Source: an uncultured Bacillales bacterium
GTDB taxonomy: Bacteria; Bacillota_I; Bacilli_A; RF39; UBA660
Assembly: GCA_949948745.1 (NCBI GenBank)
Contig: CATLHA010000004.1
Span: 4,261 to 68,260 of the forward strand
Length of the DNA stretch: 64,000 nucleotides
Direction: 5' to 3'
Part shown: piece after piece, positions 20,463-30,214 of the stretch
Position numbering within the stretch: position 1 is the stretch's first letter
How the letters are laid out: each line of letters opens with the position of its first letter
Position numbers and translations under genes: made by a program
Notes under the pieces: generated by a model
Told to the model about the DNA's origin: nothing
Databases searched by the model: none
What the model saw: the letters and a program-made list of their open reading frames with translations, nothing else

Positions 20463-23400
20463 ATGGAAAAAGAAAAAATACAAATCTTATTTGATCAAAT
20501 CGGTTTAACAGAAGAAGAGAGGGAAAGGTTTCAAGATTTATCTTTAGTAAAAGTAAAGGTAAATGAAAAAAATAGTAGTTGGACCTTTGTTTTAGAAAGT
20601 AATGATGTTTTAGAATTAGAAGAATATCAATTATTAGAAAAAAAGGCTACTACTGCATTTTCTAATATCAAGAAAGTAAGATTTGAAATTACTCCAAAAC
20701 ATAAAAACTTTTCACATCTACAAGAGTATTATGAATATGCATTAGAACAAGTGAAAAAAATACTAGTGTATGCACCAATCTTTAAAGATTGTCTTTTAGA
20801 AATGGATGGAAAATATGTAATAGAATCGACAAACCAAGAAGAAGAAAAACAAGTAAAGGAAATTTTACCAAAATTAAACTATCTTCTTGGACTTTTCGGA
20901 TTCGAAATAGAAGTAGGGACTTACCTTAATTTAGAAAAAGAACATCAATTTAGGGAAGAAATAAATAATGAAATAAAAGCATCATCTAGTAACATTAAAC
21001 CATTAGAAGTGAAAGAGGAAGTGAAACCTAGTAAAACTTATAATACATATCCTAAAAAAGAAGATGGAAAAACCCAATACCGTAGACAGCCAAAAGAAGA
21101 TAATCCAGATGTAATTCTTGGTAGAAGTATTAAAGATACTCCAATTCAAATGAAATCTATTATAGGGGAAGCAGATAATGTTACAGTAGAAGGATATGTC
21201 TTTGGAGTAGATTACTTCGAATCTAGTAAAACAGATTTTAAGATTATAACTCTAAAAATGACAGATTATAGTGATAGTATCTATTGTAAAGTATTCGCAC
21301 GAGGAGACGAAGACTATGGTCGTTTAAGTAAGGCACTAAAAGCAGGAAACTGGTTTATTATTCGTGGTTATACAAAAAATGATACATTTTCAAAAGAACT
21401 TGTATTAAATGCAAGAGATATTATGAAAGTCGAAAAGGTAGGAAATATAATCGAAGATAAAGCTGAGGTAAAAAGAGTAGAACTTCATGCGCATACCATG
21501 ATGAGTCAAATGGATGGAATTACAAAACTAGACCTTGGGAAACATACTTGCGAACTTGTAGAAAGAACCATCAAAATGGGATATAAGGGGGTCGCAATTA
21601 CCGACCATAATGGATGTCAGGCTTTTCCTATTTCCTTTGGTATCATTAAAGGACATAATAAATCTATCCGAAAAAAAATCAAAGAAAAAATAGAAAATTT
21701 AGAACAAGAAATAGAAAAAGCAGAAGAGGAAGAAAAGAAAAAATCATTATTAGCAGAATTAGAACAAGCAAAAGAAGAACAAAAAAATCCTCCAATATTT
21801 AAAGGACTTTATGGAACAGAACTTACACTAGTTGATGATACAGTAAATATTGTAGTACGTCCAACTGATGATGATTTACTTCATAATACCTATGTTGTAT
21901 TCGATACAGAAACGACAGGATTTAATGCTGGTGGAGCCGATCAAATGATTGAAATTGGAGCGGTTAAAATTAAGGATGGAGAAATTATTTCCCGTTTCGA
22001 TGAATTAATCGATCCAAAAAGACATATTCCAGATAAAATTACAGAATTAACATGTATTACGGATGATATGGTTAGAGGTAGAAAGTCAGAAGAAGAAGTT
22101 ACTAAGATGTTCTTAGAATGGGCAGGAGATTTACCGATGGTTGCCCATAATGCAAAATTCGATATATCCTTTGTTGAAATGGCTATGAAAAAATACAACT
22201 TAGGAGAGTTTAAAAATACAGTAATCGACACCTTGGAACTATCTAGAACATTAGATCAAGGATATGCAAGACACTCTCTATCTGCATTAGTAAAAAGATA
22301 TGATGTTCCATGGGAAGAAGATGCCCACCATAGAGCAGATTATGATGCAGAGGGTACAGCATATGTCTTTAGTAAAATGTTAAAGAAATTGGAAATGCAA
22401 AAATATGAAAAAATTAGTGATTTAGATAGATTAATTTCTAAAGACGAAATTCATAAATTTGGTAGAACATTTCATTTTAATGCGATTGCTTTAAATAAAA
22501 CAGGACTGAAAAATTTATTTACAATCATATCTTTAGCTAATACAGTTTACTTGTATAAAACACCAAGAATCTTAAGAAGTAAACTAAATGAACTTAGAGA
22601 AGGGTTGCTAATTGGTAGTGGTTGTTATGAATCTGAGGTATTTAATGAAGCAAGAAGTAAAGATGGAGAAGAATTAACAAATATTATTAACTTTTATGAC
22701 TATGTAGAAGTTCAACCACCAGAAGTATATGATCATTTAATTCAGCTTGGTGATTTTAAGGATGAAGAGGAGCTTAAAATACATATCAAAAAAGTGATTC
22801 ATGCTGTTAGAGATTCAGGAAAAATCATTGTTGCAACAGGAGATGTACATCATTTTGAAAGAGATGATAAAGTTTATAGAGAAATCATTGTAAATCAAAA
22901 GGTTCCTGGTGGCGGAAGACATCCACTAGCGAAAAAAGATATTACGGAAATTCCATCTCAACATTTTAGAACAACAGAAGAAATGCTTCAAGATTTTTCA
23001 TTTTTAGAAGATGATTTAGCTTATGAGATTGTTGTTACCAATACAAATAAAGTATTAGATATGGTAGAAGAAATTGAAGTAATACCAGATACTGGAGGGA
23101 CTCCATTTTCACCACGTGTAAAAAGTGATGATGAACAAAGCTATTTAGATTGTCCAAGGGTAGTAACAGATTTAGTATATACAAAGGCAAATGATTGGTA
23201 TGGAGATCCTCTCCCATATTCAATTGAAGAAAGATTAGGAACCGAGCTTTATGGGGATGTCGTTTTAACATCAATTAAATATGACTTATCTTCGTTAGAA
23301 GGAAAAGAATTAGAAAAAGAATCATTTAAACGTCTACATGAAGTAATCGTTAGTGGAAGAGATTCTGTTTTTGAACAGGTTAGAAATTATTTGAAAAAGA

Positions 23401-25268
23401 CAAGTGAAGAAGAATTAACAGAAGATGCCTTAGAGAAAAAATTAAAAAGCTCTCTAGGAGGAGTTATTGGTGCCGGATTTGATCCAATTTATCTAATCGC
23501 TCAAAGATTAGTAAAACATTCGAATGATGAAGGATATTTAGTAGGGTCTCGTGGTTCTGTGGGTTCTAGTTTCGTTGCGACTATGATGGGAATTACAGAA
23601 GTAAATCCGCTTTCTGCTCATTATCGTTGTAGTAATTGTAAATTAAGTATTTTTGAAGATGAAGAAGGAAATCCATTAGGAGCTACCTATTCTTCAGGAT
23701 TTGATTTACCTGATAAAATGTGCCCACATTGCAATATTCCATTAATTAAAGATGGACAAGATATGCCATTTGCGACATTCTTAGGATTTAATGCAGACAA
23801 AGTACCAGATATCGATTTAAACTTTTCAGATTTAAATCAAGCAAGTACGCATGCCTATACAAAAGTATTGTTTGGTAGTGATAATGTTTACCGTGCTGGA
23901 ACCATCGGTACCGTTGCCGATAAGACAGCATTTGGATATGTAAAAGGATATTTTGAGGATAGGGGAATTGAAAATGTTCGTACAGCAGAAGTAGAACGTC
24001 TAGCGATTGGATGTACTGGAGTAAAAAGGACAACAGGACAGCATCCAGGAGGAATTGTAGTTATACCAGATTATATGGATTGTTTTGACTTTACACCATT
24101 CCAATTTCCTGCAGAGGATCCAACTTCTGCTTGGAGAACGACACACTTTGATTACCACTCTATTGAAGAATGTGTATTAAAACTAGATATTTTAGGACAT
24201 TCTGATCCAACCCAATTAAGACTAATTCAACTACAATCAGGAACGGATATTATGAAAGTTCCTTTAGACGATAAAGAAACAATGAGTATATTTACTTCTA
24301 CTGAAGCACTAGGAGTTACAAAAGAACAAATTATGTGTAATACAGGTACCTTGGGAATTCCAGAATTTGGAACTCCATTTACTATTCAATTAGTAGAAGA
24401 TACCAAACCAACATCCTTTGCCGAACTTGTAAAAATATCTGGACTTTCTCATGGAACCGATGTTTGGCTTGGAAATGCAAAAGATTTGTGTACACCAGAT
24501 GAAAATGGAAAAATTCAAGTACCATTTAAAGAAACCATTGGCTGCCGTGATGATATTATGGTTTATTTAATGTATCGTGGAGTAAAACCGATTAAGGCAT
24601 TTAAAATCATGGAATTTGTTCGTAAAGGAAAAGCCAGCAAGGATCCAGAAACTTGGGCAGGACATAAACAAACAATGATTGATGCCAATATTCCAACTTG
24701 GTTTATTGATTCATGTCAAAAGATTAAGTACATGTTCCCAAAAGCTCATGCCGCAGCCTATGTAATAAGTGCTTTTAGAATCGCCTGGTATAAGGTTCAT
24801 ATGCCAGTATATTTCTATGCTTCCTGGTATTCATCAAAAGCAACAGACGTAGATGTAGAAGCAATGATAGGTGGATATACCCCAATTAAAAACAGAATTA
24901 TAGATATTCAAAATAAAGGATATGAAGCAACGAATAAGGAAAACGGACAACTTGAAAGTTTAAAAATTGCTTTAGAAGCAACGGCCAGAGGAATGAAGTT
25001 CTTAAATGTAGATTTATATAAGAGTGATGCTACCGTTTGGAAAGCAGTTAGTGATACAGAGATTTATCCACCATTTAACTCGATTGATGGACTTGGAGAT
25101 ACAGTAGCGCAAAATATTGTTACAGAACGTGAACAAAAAGAATTTTTAAGTATTGAGGATTTACAAAAACGTGCAAAAATATCCCAAACATTAATTGATA
25201 AAATGAAGATTATGGGAATTCTAAAAGATTTACCAGAATCGAGTCAAATGACTTTGTTTGAAATATAA
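20463..25268 (+). CDS. polC: PolC-type DNA polymerase III
   Basis: OB fold, PHP (HAHTMMSQMDG), DEDDh exonuclease (FDTETTG, HNAKFD, HRADYD), GSRGSVGSS, PDIDLN, KLDILGH. Confidence 0.98.
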   Translation: MEKEKIQILFDQIGLTEEERERFQDLSLVKVKVNEKNSSWTFVLESNDVLELEEYQLLEKKATTAFSNIKKVRFEITPKHKNFSHLQEYYEYALEQVKKILVYAPIFKDCLLEMDGKYVIESTNQEEEKQVKEILPKLNYLLGLFGFEIEVGTYLNLEKEHQFREEINNEIKASSSNIKPLEVKEEVKPSKTYNTYPKKEDGKTQYRRQPKEDNPDVILGRSIKDTPIQMKSIIGEADNVTVEGYVFGVDYFESSKTDFKIITLKMTDYSDSIYCKVFARGDEDYGRLSKALKAGNWFIIRGYTKNDTFSKELVLNARDIMKVEKVGNIIEDKAEVKRVELHAHTMMSQMDGITKLDLGKHTCELVERTIKMGYKGVAITDHNGCQAFPISFGIIKGHNKSIRKKIKEKIENLEQEIEKAEEEEKKKSLLAELEQAKEEQKNPPIFKGLYGTELTLVDDTVNIVVRPTDDDLLHNTYVVFDTETTGFNAGGADQMIEIGAVKIKDGEIISRFDELIDPKRHIPDKITELTCITDDMVRGRKSEEEVTKMFLEWAGDLPMVAHNAKFDISFVEMAMKKYNLGEFKNTVIDTLELSRTLDQGYARHSLSALVKRYDVPWEEDAHHRADYDAEGTAYVFSKMLKKLEMQKYEKISDLDRLISKDEIHKFGRTFHFNAIALNKTGLKNLFTIISLANTVYLYKTPRILRSKLNELREGLLIGSGCYESEVFNEARSKDGEELTNIINFYDYVEVQPPEVYDHLIQLGDFKDEEELKIHIKKVIHAVRDSGKIIVATGDVHHFERDDKVYREIIVNQKVPGGGRHPLAKKDITEIPSQHFRTTEEMLQDFSFLEDDLAYEIVVTNTNKVLDMVEEIEVIPDTGGTPFSPRVKSDDEQSYLDCPRVVTDLVYTKANDWYGDPLPYSIEERLGTELYGDVVLTSIKYDLSSLEGKELEKESFKRLHEVIVSGRDSVFEQVRNYLKKTSEEELTEDALEKKLKSSLGGVIGAGFDPIYLIAQRLVKHSNDEGYLVGSRGSVGSSFVATMMGITEVNPLSAHYRCSNCKLSIFEDEEGNPLGATYSSGFDLPDKMCPHCNIPLIKDGQDMPFATFLGFNADKVPDIDLNFSDLNQASTHAYTKVLFGSDNVYRAGTIGTVADKTAFGYVKGYFEDRGIENVRTAEVERLAIGCTGVKRTTGQHPGGIVVIPDYMDCFDFTPFQFPAEDPTSAWRTTHFDYHSIEECVLKLDILGHSDPTQLRLIQLQSGTDIMKVPLDDKETMSIFTSTEALGVTKEQIMCNTGTLGIPEFGTPFTIQLVEDTKPTSFAELVKISGLSHGTDVWLGNAKDLCTPDENGKIQVPFKETIGCRDDIMVYLMYRGVKPIKAFKIMEFVRKGKASKDPETWAGHKQTMIDANIPTWFIDSCQKIKYMFPKAHAAAYVISAFRIAWYKVHMPVYFYASWYSSKATDVDVEAMIGGYTPIKNRIIDIQNKGYEATNKENGQLESLKIALEATARGMKFLNVDLYKSDATVWKAVSDTEIYPPFNSIDGLGDTVAQNIVTEREQKEFLSIEDLQKRAKISQTLIDKMKIMGILKDLPESSQMTLFEI

Positions 25269-25379
25269 ATTGATAAGAAGAAAATTAAAATAGAAAAGAT
25301 TTTCTTCTTTTTCTATGGAGAAATATGTATAAAATACTAGAAAAAGGTGTTATAATAAGGCAAGAAATGTGGTGATATT

Positions 25380-26465
25380 ATGACAATAGAACAATATATA
25401 GAACGTCATGGAAATGATACAATGAGTGAATTACCATTTACAGAAATAGATAGTCTTCTACTAACATCACTTGTGTATCTAAATTTAGATAAAATTATGC
25501 CAAAGGATAAAAATGAGATGATGTCTCTATCAAAAATTTCCTCTTTGTTTTTTAAAAAAAATGATGAACAAACGATAAAAAAAATGAGACCATCGTTTAT
25601 TCCACACGTAATCTCCATTCTTCGTTTAATGGCTCAGAAAAAAAGATATAAAAACATTTTATTCTATAACTATATTAACGAGGTAACAGACATAACTCAG
25701 TTTTGTGCGATAACTGCAAAGTTAGAAGATCATACAAACTACATTGCATTTTCAGGAACAGACGATTCTGTTATTGGATGGAAAGAAGATTTTCAAATGT
25801 CCTATGTCTTTCCAGTTCCAGCACAAGAAAAAGCTTTAAATTACTTAAAAAATACAATTTCTATTTTTGGGCCTAAATATAGAGTAGGTGGGCATTCAAA
25901 AGGTGGAAATCTTGCGATGACCAGTTATATGCTTAATAATTTTTTAATTCAGCATAAGATAATAGAAGTATATAATTTTGATGGCCCAGGATTTAGAAAA
26001 AGGGAATTTGAATCTAAAAAATTTAAAGTGATGGAAAGAAAACTAAAGATGTATATTCCAGAAAAAAGTTTAATAGGAAGATTATTTAGAAGCTCAGAGA
26101 ACTATGAGGTAATCAAAAGCAGTTCTAATGTTTTCTTTCAGCATGATGGAACAAGATGGATTGTAGATGATTTAAAGTTTAAAAGAGGAGAATTTTCTAA
26201 ACAAAGTAAAAAGTTAGAAAAAAGGGTATTTGATTGGATTAATAGTTACCAGGATGAAGATAGAAAAAAAATAGTAGATATCATATTTTCTGTTCTAGAA
26301 AAAGGCGGAATTACAGAACTTAGTCAATTACGTGTTTCTAAGTTACAAAAAGTCTATATTTTAATTAAGGAAAATAAAGATATGGATAAGGAATCTAGAA
26401 AATTAATTCTAGATGCGATTAAAAAATTAATATTACAAAAGGAAAATAAAAAAACAAGTAATTAA
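25380..26465 (+). CDS. DUF2974/Mbeg1-like alpha/beta hydrolase (lipase class 3-like)
   Basis: AFSGTDDS.IGWKEDF, GHSKGG nucleophile elbow, FDGPGF, QHD. Confidence 0.85.
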   Translation: MTIEQYIERHGNDTMSELPFTEIDSLLLTSLVYLNLDKIMPKDKNEMMSLSKISSLFFKKNDEQTIKKMRPSFIPHVISILRLMAQKKRYKNILFYNYINEVTDITQFCAITAKLEDHTNYIAFSGTDDSVIGWKEDFQMSYVFPVPAQEKALNYLKNTISIFGPKYRVGGHSKGGNLAMTSYMLNNFLIQHKIIEVYNFDGPGFRKREFESKKFKVMERKLKMYIPEKSLIGRLFRSSENYEVIKSSSNVFFQHDGTRWIVDDLKFKRGEFSKQSKKLEKRVFDWINSYQDEDRKKIVDIIFSVLEKGGITELSQLRVSKLQKVYILIKENKDMDKESRKLILDAIKKLILQKENKKTSN

Positions 26466-26558
26466 CAATCTGAAAAAAGGTGAAATTGAAAAAAAGATAT
26501 GTTGTCACTAAATAAAACATGGTATACTATAAATGAAGAATAGATAGGAGGAATATCA

Positions 26559-29372
26559 ATGAACGGTGAAGAGCTAGCTAAAAAATCTGGTATAGAAGAT
26601 AAAAATCGTTTCTTTTTTTCTGATGATTATTATGATGAAATACCAGAGGTTCCAGAAAAAAATAACTTTGATCCATTTCAACCTCCTAAGAAAAATGAGA
26701 ATACTACATCAAATTTAAGTAGTAGTACCAATAACTTTTTTAATAATGATTTATTGTCAAGTTCTACTACTAGAAATAACAATATAGGAATTCAGCAAGC
26801 AAGTAGCTTAGATCAAGTAATTGGAAATAATTATCAAACTGAATCAGAAGGTGCCTCTGAGAACGTTTTTAACTTTTTTGCACATCGCACAAATACTGAA
26901 ATAAATGAGCAGGTGCCTAAAGAGATTCAGGAAGAATCACAAGAAAAAATTGTAGAAAAAGAAGAACCAAAACCAAGAGAAAGTTTTTTAGGTAATCTTA
27001 CAGGAAAAAGAAAAAAACAAAAGGAATTAGAAGTAGTTCATGTGGGAACAGATATTGTTTCTGATATAGATAACAATTTATATTCTGAAAATGCAAGCCA
27101 GTTAGGAGAAGTAAAGCCAGAAGAAAATCCTTTTAATTTAAATACAGTAGAAAATAAAGTTTCATTCCAACAAGAAAATCAATTTTCGTTTGCACCAAAT
27201 CAAGAACAGAATAACCAATTGAATCAGAATATGAGTTCTATAGGGAATGAATCTTCAGAACTAACAGGACGGTTTTCATTTCTTTCAGAGCCTAGTCAGG
27301 AACAAGGTAGTTCATTTGATTTACCCAAACAAGATATAGATTCAGCAGAAAGTGCATTACCAAAAACACAAACAGGAGGATTCTCATTTACTAATGAACC
27401 AATAAAGGAAGAAGCAAAAGAAGTTCAAAATACTTGGAATTCACCATCTATAAATAATGATTATTATAAACCAAATGAAAGTGAAAGCAATAATTTCTTT
27501 TTTGGAGCACCTTCAGGTCCACTTTCTGATATCGAAAGGGCTAAAAGTGATATTTCAGCTACAGAAAATAATTATTTTGGAACAAAAGAAGAAAATATCA
27601 CAAATGATATTGATTTTATTGCTAAATTAAAAAATCAGGAAACATCAGATAATAAAAATAAAGAAAGAGATATGTTTGCTCCTCGATTTGGAACAGATGC
27701 TAAAGAAGAGGAAAGGAAAGATTTCTTATTAGAAAGAAAAATTGAGACTCCAATAGAAGATATAGAAGTCCCAGAAAGAAAATTACAATATGGGAATTAT
27801 TATAATGGAGAACTTCCGAAAGAAGAAAACAAATTCATTATGAATGATGATAGTAGTGTTCCAGTAAATGATAAACCTAGAGAGTTGCCAAAGACAATAA
27901 TTCCAGATTTCATGTCTGGTTCTATTGGAACGCAAAACTTTAATATAGAAACTGGTATTAATCATGAACTAGAAGCAGAACTAATGAAACAAAGAGCAGA
28001 GGAAGAAGCTAGAATCAGGGCATTAAATCCAGAATTACAAGCGTATGATTTAACCGCCAAAAAGTCAAAAAAGCAAATGGTTTACAAAGCCGGTGGAAAA
28101 AGTTATATTCGTGATGTTGTAGAAAAACCAAAAACTAGACCAAAAAAGAAAATAGAAGAGCCAAAGATAGAGGTAGACAAGGAAACGGTAATTGAGCCTC
28201 CTCCAGCTAAAGAACCAAAATCATTAGAAGAATTAATTGAAAGTATTGTAGGAGTTCCAGGATTAGAAAATCTTGAAGTAAAATTAAATCCATATGAAAA
28301 TCCAGGAGTAAGATTTGGTTTTAAAGAAAAGCAAGATAAAAAAGTAGTAGTGGAAGACCAACCTACGAATGTATATGATGAGAAAAAAGATAACTTTGAT
28401 TATGATCAGAATTTTGAAAATGTAGAAATTATTAAATCTACAATATTAGATGAATTAGCCGAAAAGGCAAAAAATGAAAACAAAATAAGTATCTTAGCGC
28501 GTTATGGAGAAGATTTCTGTGCTAGAGATTATATTACCAATCCAGCAATTGGTCGTGCAGAAGAAATAAAACAATTAATTTTAATTTTATTAACACCTGA
28601 GAAGTCAGGAATACTAATTGGTAAACCAGGTATTGGTAAAACATCTATTGTAGAAGGACTTGCTTATCAATTACAAAGAAATAATGTTCCAGATGCTTTA
28701 AAAGGATATTGTATTGTTAGTGTTAAAACACCATCCCTACTTGGTACATTACCAACTGGAGAAACTAGATTACAAACTTTAGTAGATGAACTAAAAGATT
28801 TAGATAAGATTATTCTATTTATTGATGAAATTCATATGCTAATAGGAGCAACAAACGATTCTGCGATGGACTTTGCGAATATGTTTAAGGAAAGTCTTGG
28901 ACGTGGTACAATTAAAGTTATCGGTGCTACAACAACAGAAGAATATGAAAGATATATTTTACGTGATAAAGCATTTGTACGTCGTTTCCAAAAAGTAGAA
29001 GTAGAAGAGCCAAGTAGAGAGCATACAATTAAAATTTTGATGGGAACATTACCTAAAATTGAAAAATCAACAGGTGCTAAATTAAAATATACAGAATTTA
29101 TGCAAACAGAAATTATGGCATTTATCGTAGATATCACTACAGAATATAAACGAATTTATGGAATTGGTTCTAGGTATCCAGATATTTGTTTAACATTACT
29201 TTCTCAAGCATTTTCACAAGCTGTTTTTGCAAATAGAAAAGAAGTAAATATTAATGACGTTCGTAAAGCAATAGAAAATTCTAAAAATATTTATCCTGAT
29301 GTGATTAAAAAAGAATTATTAAATTTTGATAGAAAATTTAAAGACTTAATTCGTGAAGAGTCAGTTGAATAG
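26559..29372 (+). CDS. Clp/Hsp100-related AAA+ ATPase with a single NBD and a long disordered N-terminus
   Basis: PAIGRAEEI, Walker A GKPGIGKT, Walker B ILFIDEIH, GATT, DKAFVRRF Arg finger in the last ~300 aa; AGGAGG SD. Confidence 0.85.
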   Translation: MNGEELAKKSGIEDKNRFFFSDDYYDEIPEVPEKNNFDPFQPPKKNENTTSNLSSSTNNFFNNDLLSSSTTRNNNIGIQQASSLDQVIGNNYQTESEGASENVFNFFAHRTNTEINEQVPKEIQEESQEKIVEKEEPKPRESFLGNLTGKRKKQKELEVVHVGTDIVSDIDNNLYSENASQLGEVKPEENPFNLNTVENKVSFQQENQFSFAPNQEQNNQLNQNMSSIGNESSELTGRFSFLSEPSQEQGSSFDLPKQDIDSAESALPKTQTGGFSFTNEPIKEEAKEVQNTWNSPSINNDYYKPNESESNNFFFGAPSGPLSDIERAKSDISATENNYFGTKEENITNDIDFIAKLKNQETSDNKNKERDMFAPRFGTDAKEEERKDFLLERKIETPIEDIEVPERKLQYGNYYNGELPKEENKFIMNDDSSVPVNDKPRELPKTIIPDFMSGSIGTQNFNIETGINHELEAELMKQRAEEEARIRALNPELQAYDLTAKKSKKQMVYKAGGKSYIRDVVEKPKTRPKKKIEEPKIEVDKETVIEPPPAKEPKSLEELIESIVGVPGLENLEVKLNPYENPGVRFGFKEKQDKKVVVEDQPTNVYDEKKDNFDYDQNFENVEIIKSTILDELAEKAKNENKISILARYGEDFCARDYITNPAIGRAEEIKQLILILLTPEKSGILIGKPGIGKTSIVEGLAYQLQRNNVPDALKGYCIVSVKTPSLLGTLPTGETRLQTLVDELKDLDKIILFIDEIHMLIGATNDSAMDFANMFKESLGRGTIKVIGATTTEEYERYILRDKAFVRRFQKVEVEEPSREHTIKILMGTLPKIEKSTGAKLKYTEFMQTEIMAFIVDITTEYKRIYGIGSRYPDICLTLLSQAFSQAVFANRKEVNINDVRKAIENSKNIYPDVIKKELLNFDRKFKDLIREESVE

Positions 29373-29405
29373 AAAAATGTTAAGAGAGAATTCTTAACAT
29401 TTTTT
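29373..29405 (+). terminator. Intrinsic terminator after the AAA+ gene
   Basis: aaaaatgttaaga...tcttaacattttt. Confidence 0.75.
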
Positions 29406-29440
29406 GATTATGATTGACTCTATAGTCAAATATAATTAAA

Positions 29441-29464
29441 AAATCCTAGCAAAAGCTAGGATTT
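29441..29464 (-). terminator. Terminator downstream of tRNA-His
   Basis: aaatcctagc-aaaa-gctaggattt hairpin with A-run on + strand. Confidence 0.7.
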
Positions 29465-29474
29465 GTTTTATAAG

Positions 29475-29551
29475 TGGGGCGAAATATGGGGATCGAACCC
29501 ATGCATACCGGAGCCACAATCCGGCGTGTTAACCACTTCACCAATTCCGCC
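29475..29551 (-). tRNA. tRNA-His (GUG), CCA encoded, with G-1
   Basis: Reverse complement GGCGGAATTGGTGAAGTGGTTAACACGCCGGATTGTGGCTCCGGTATGCATGGGTTCGATCCCCATATTTCGCCCCA folds as a cloverleaf with anticodon GTG. Confidence 0.97.
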
Positions 29552-29717
29552 ATCTCAAAAATACACTCTTATTTTATCAATAAATTTGTATTTTTGCAAG
29601 TTTATTTTATATATTTATCAAAAAAATATTTTTATTACATGCCTCCTATTAGTATTATTTCCATTTTTTACTAATTCGGTAGAATTTTTTAAAAAATTTT
29701 AAAAATATAGGCATTCG

Positions 29718-29748
29718 CCCATACTCAATATATGATAACTCATATTTT
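29718..29748 (+). promoter_or_regulatory. Putative sigma-E (mother-cell) promoter for cotJ
   Basis: cATAct-N-CATAtttT with 17 bp between ATA and CATA, upstream of the AAAGGAG SD; cotJ is sigma-E controlled in Bacillus. Confidence 0.45.
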
Positions 29749-29769
29749 GATAGTAAAGGAGAAGAGAAC

Positions 29770-30213
29770 ATGAATAATAACTTTAGATATGACTCTTATA
29801 GAAATCCAAACATGCCTATGCTAAATCAGAATCAAATTTTACCGACTCCAAGTGTACCATCCAATAACAATTTAGCAGAACCATATCAAGGATTTTTACA
29901 AGGAAACTTATTTAATAACCTTTATGTAGGTTATAAAAATTATCGTCCTGCTAGAATTGTTCCAAATAATGAACAGGCAGAACTTCTACTAAATGTAGAT
30001 CAATTATCATTTGCAGCTCATGAATTAAACTTATATTTGGATGTACATCCAAGTGACTCCAATATGATAGCATTATTTAACAAATATCAAGCAATGGTTA
30101 ACGATGCCGTAAATGAATATGAAAGAAGATATGGCCCTTTATCTATTACATTCCCATCAGATAGAAACCAATTTAGCTGGGAAGCATATTCATGGCCATG
30201 GGAGGTGGATTAA
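29770..30213 (+). CDS. cotJB: Spore coat protein CotJB with N-terminal CotJA-like segment
   Basis: FAAHELNLYLDVHP, YERRYGPL, WPWE end; N-terminal EPYQGFLQGNLFNNLY. Confidence 0.88.
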   Translation: MNNNFRYDSYRNPNMPMLNQNQILPTPSVPSNNNLAEPYQGFLQGNLFNNLYVGYKNYRPARIVPNNEQAELLLNVDQLSFAAHELNLYLDVHPSDSNMIALFNKYQAMVNDAVNEYERRYGPLSITFPSDRNQFSWEAYSWPWEVD

Positions 30214-30214
30214 G

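Noticed and set aside
21650-23460. Possible inteins in PolC
   Set aside because: The inserts are short and lack the C/S start, HN-C/S/T end and homing-endonuclease motifs
29463-29702. ORFs 29463-29702 and 29474-29674 on the + strand
   Set aside because: They are antisense shadows of tRNA-His and its promoter
30113-30214. Upstream in-frame start for cotJC
   Set aside because: It overlaps cotJB by 100 nt; the conserved start is MWKYEK at 30215 with a GGAGG SD
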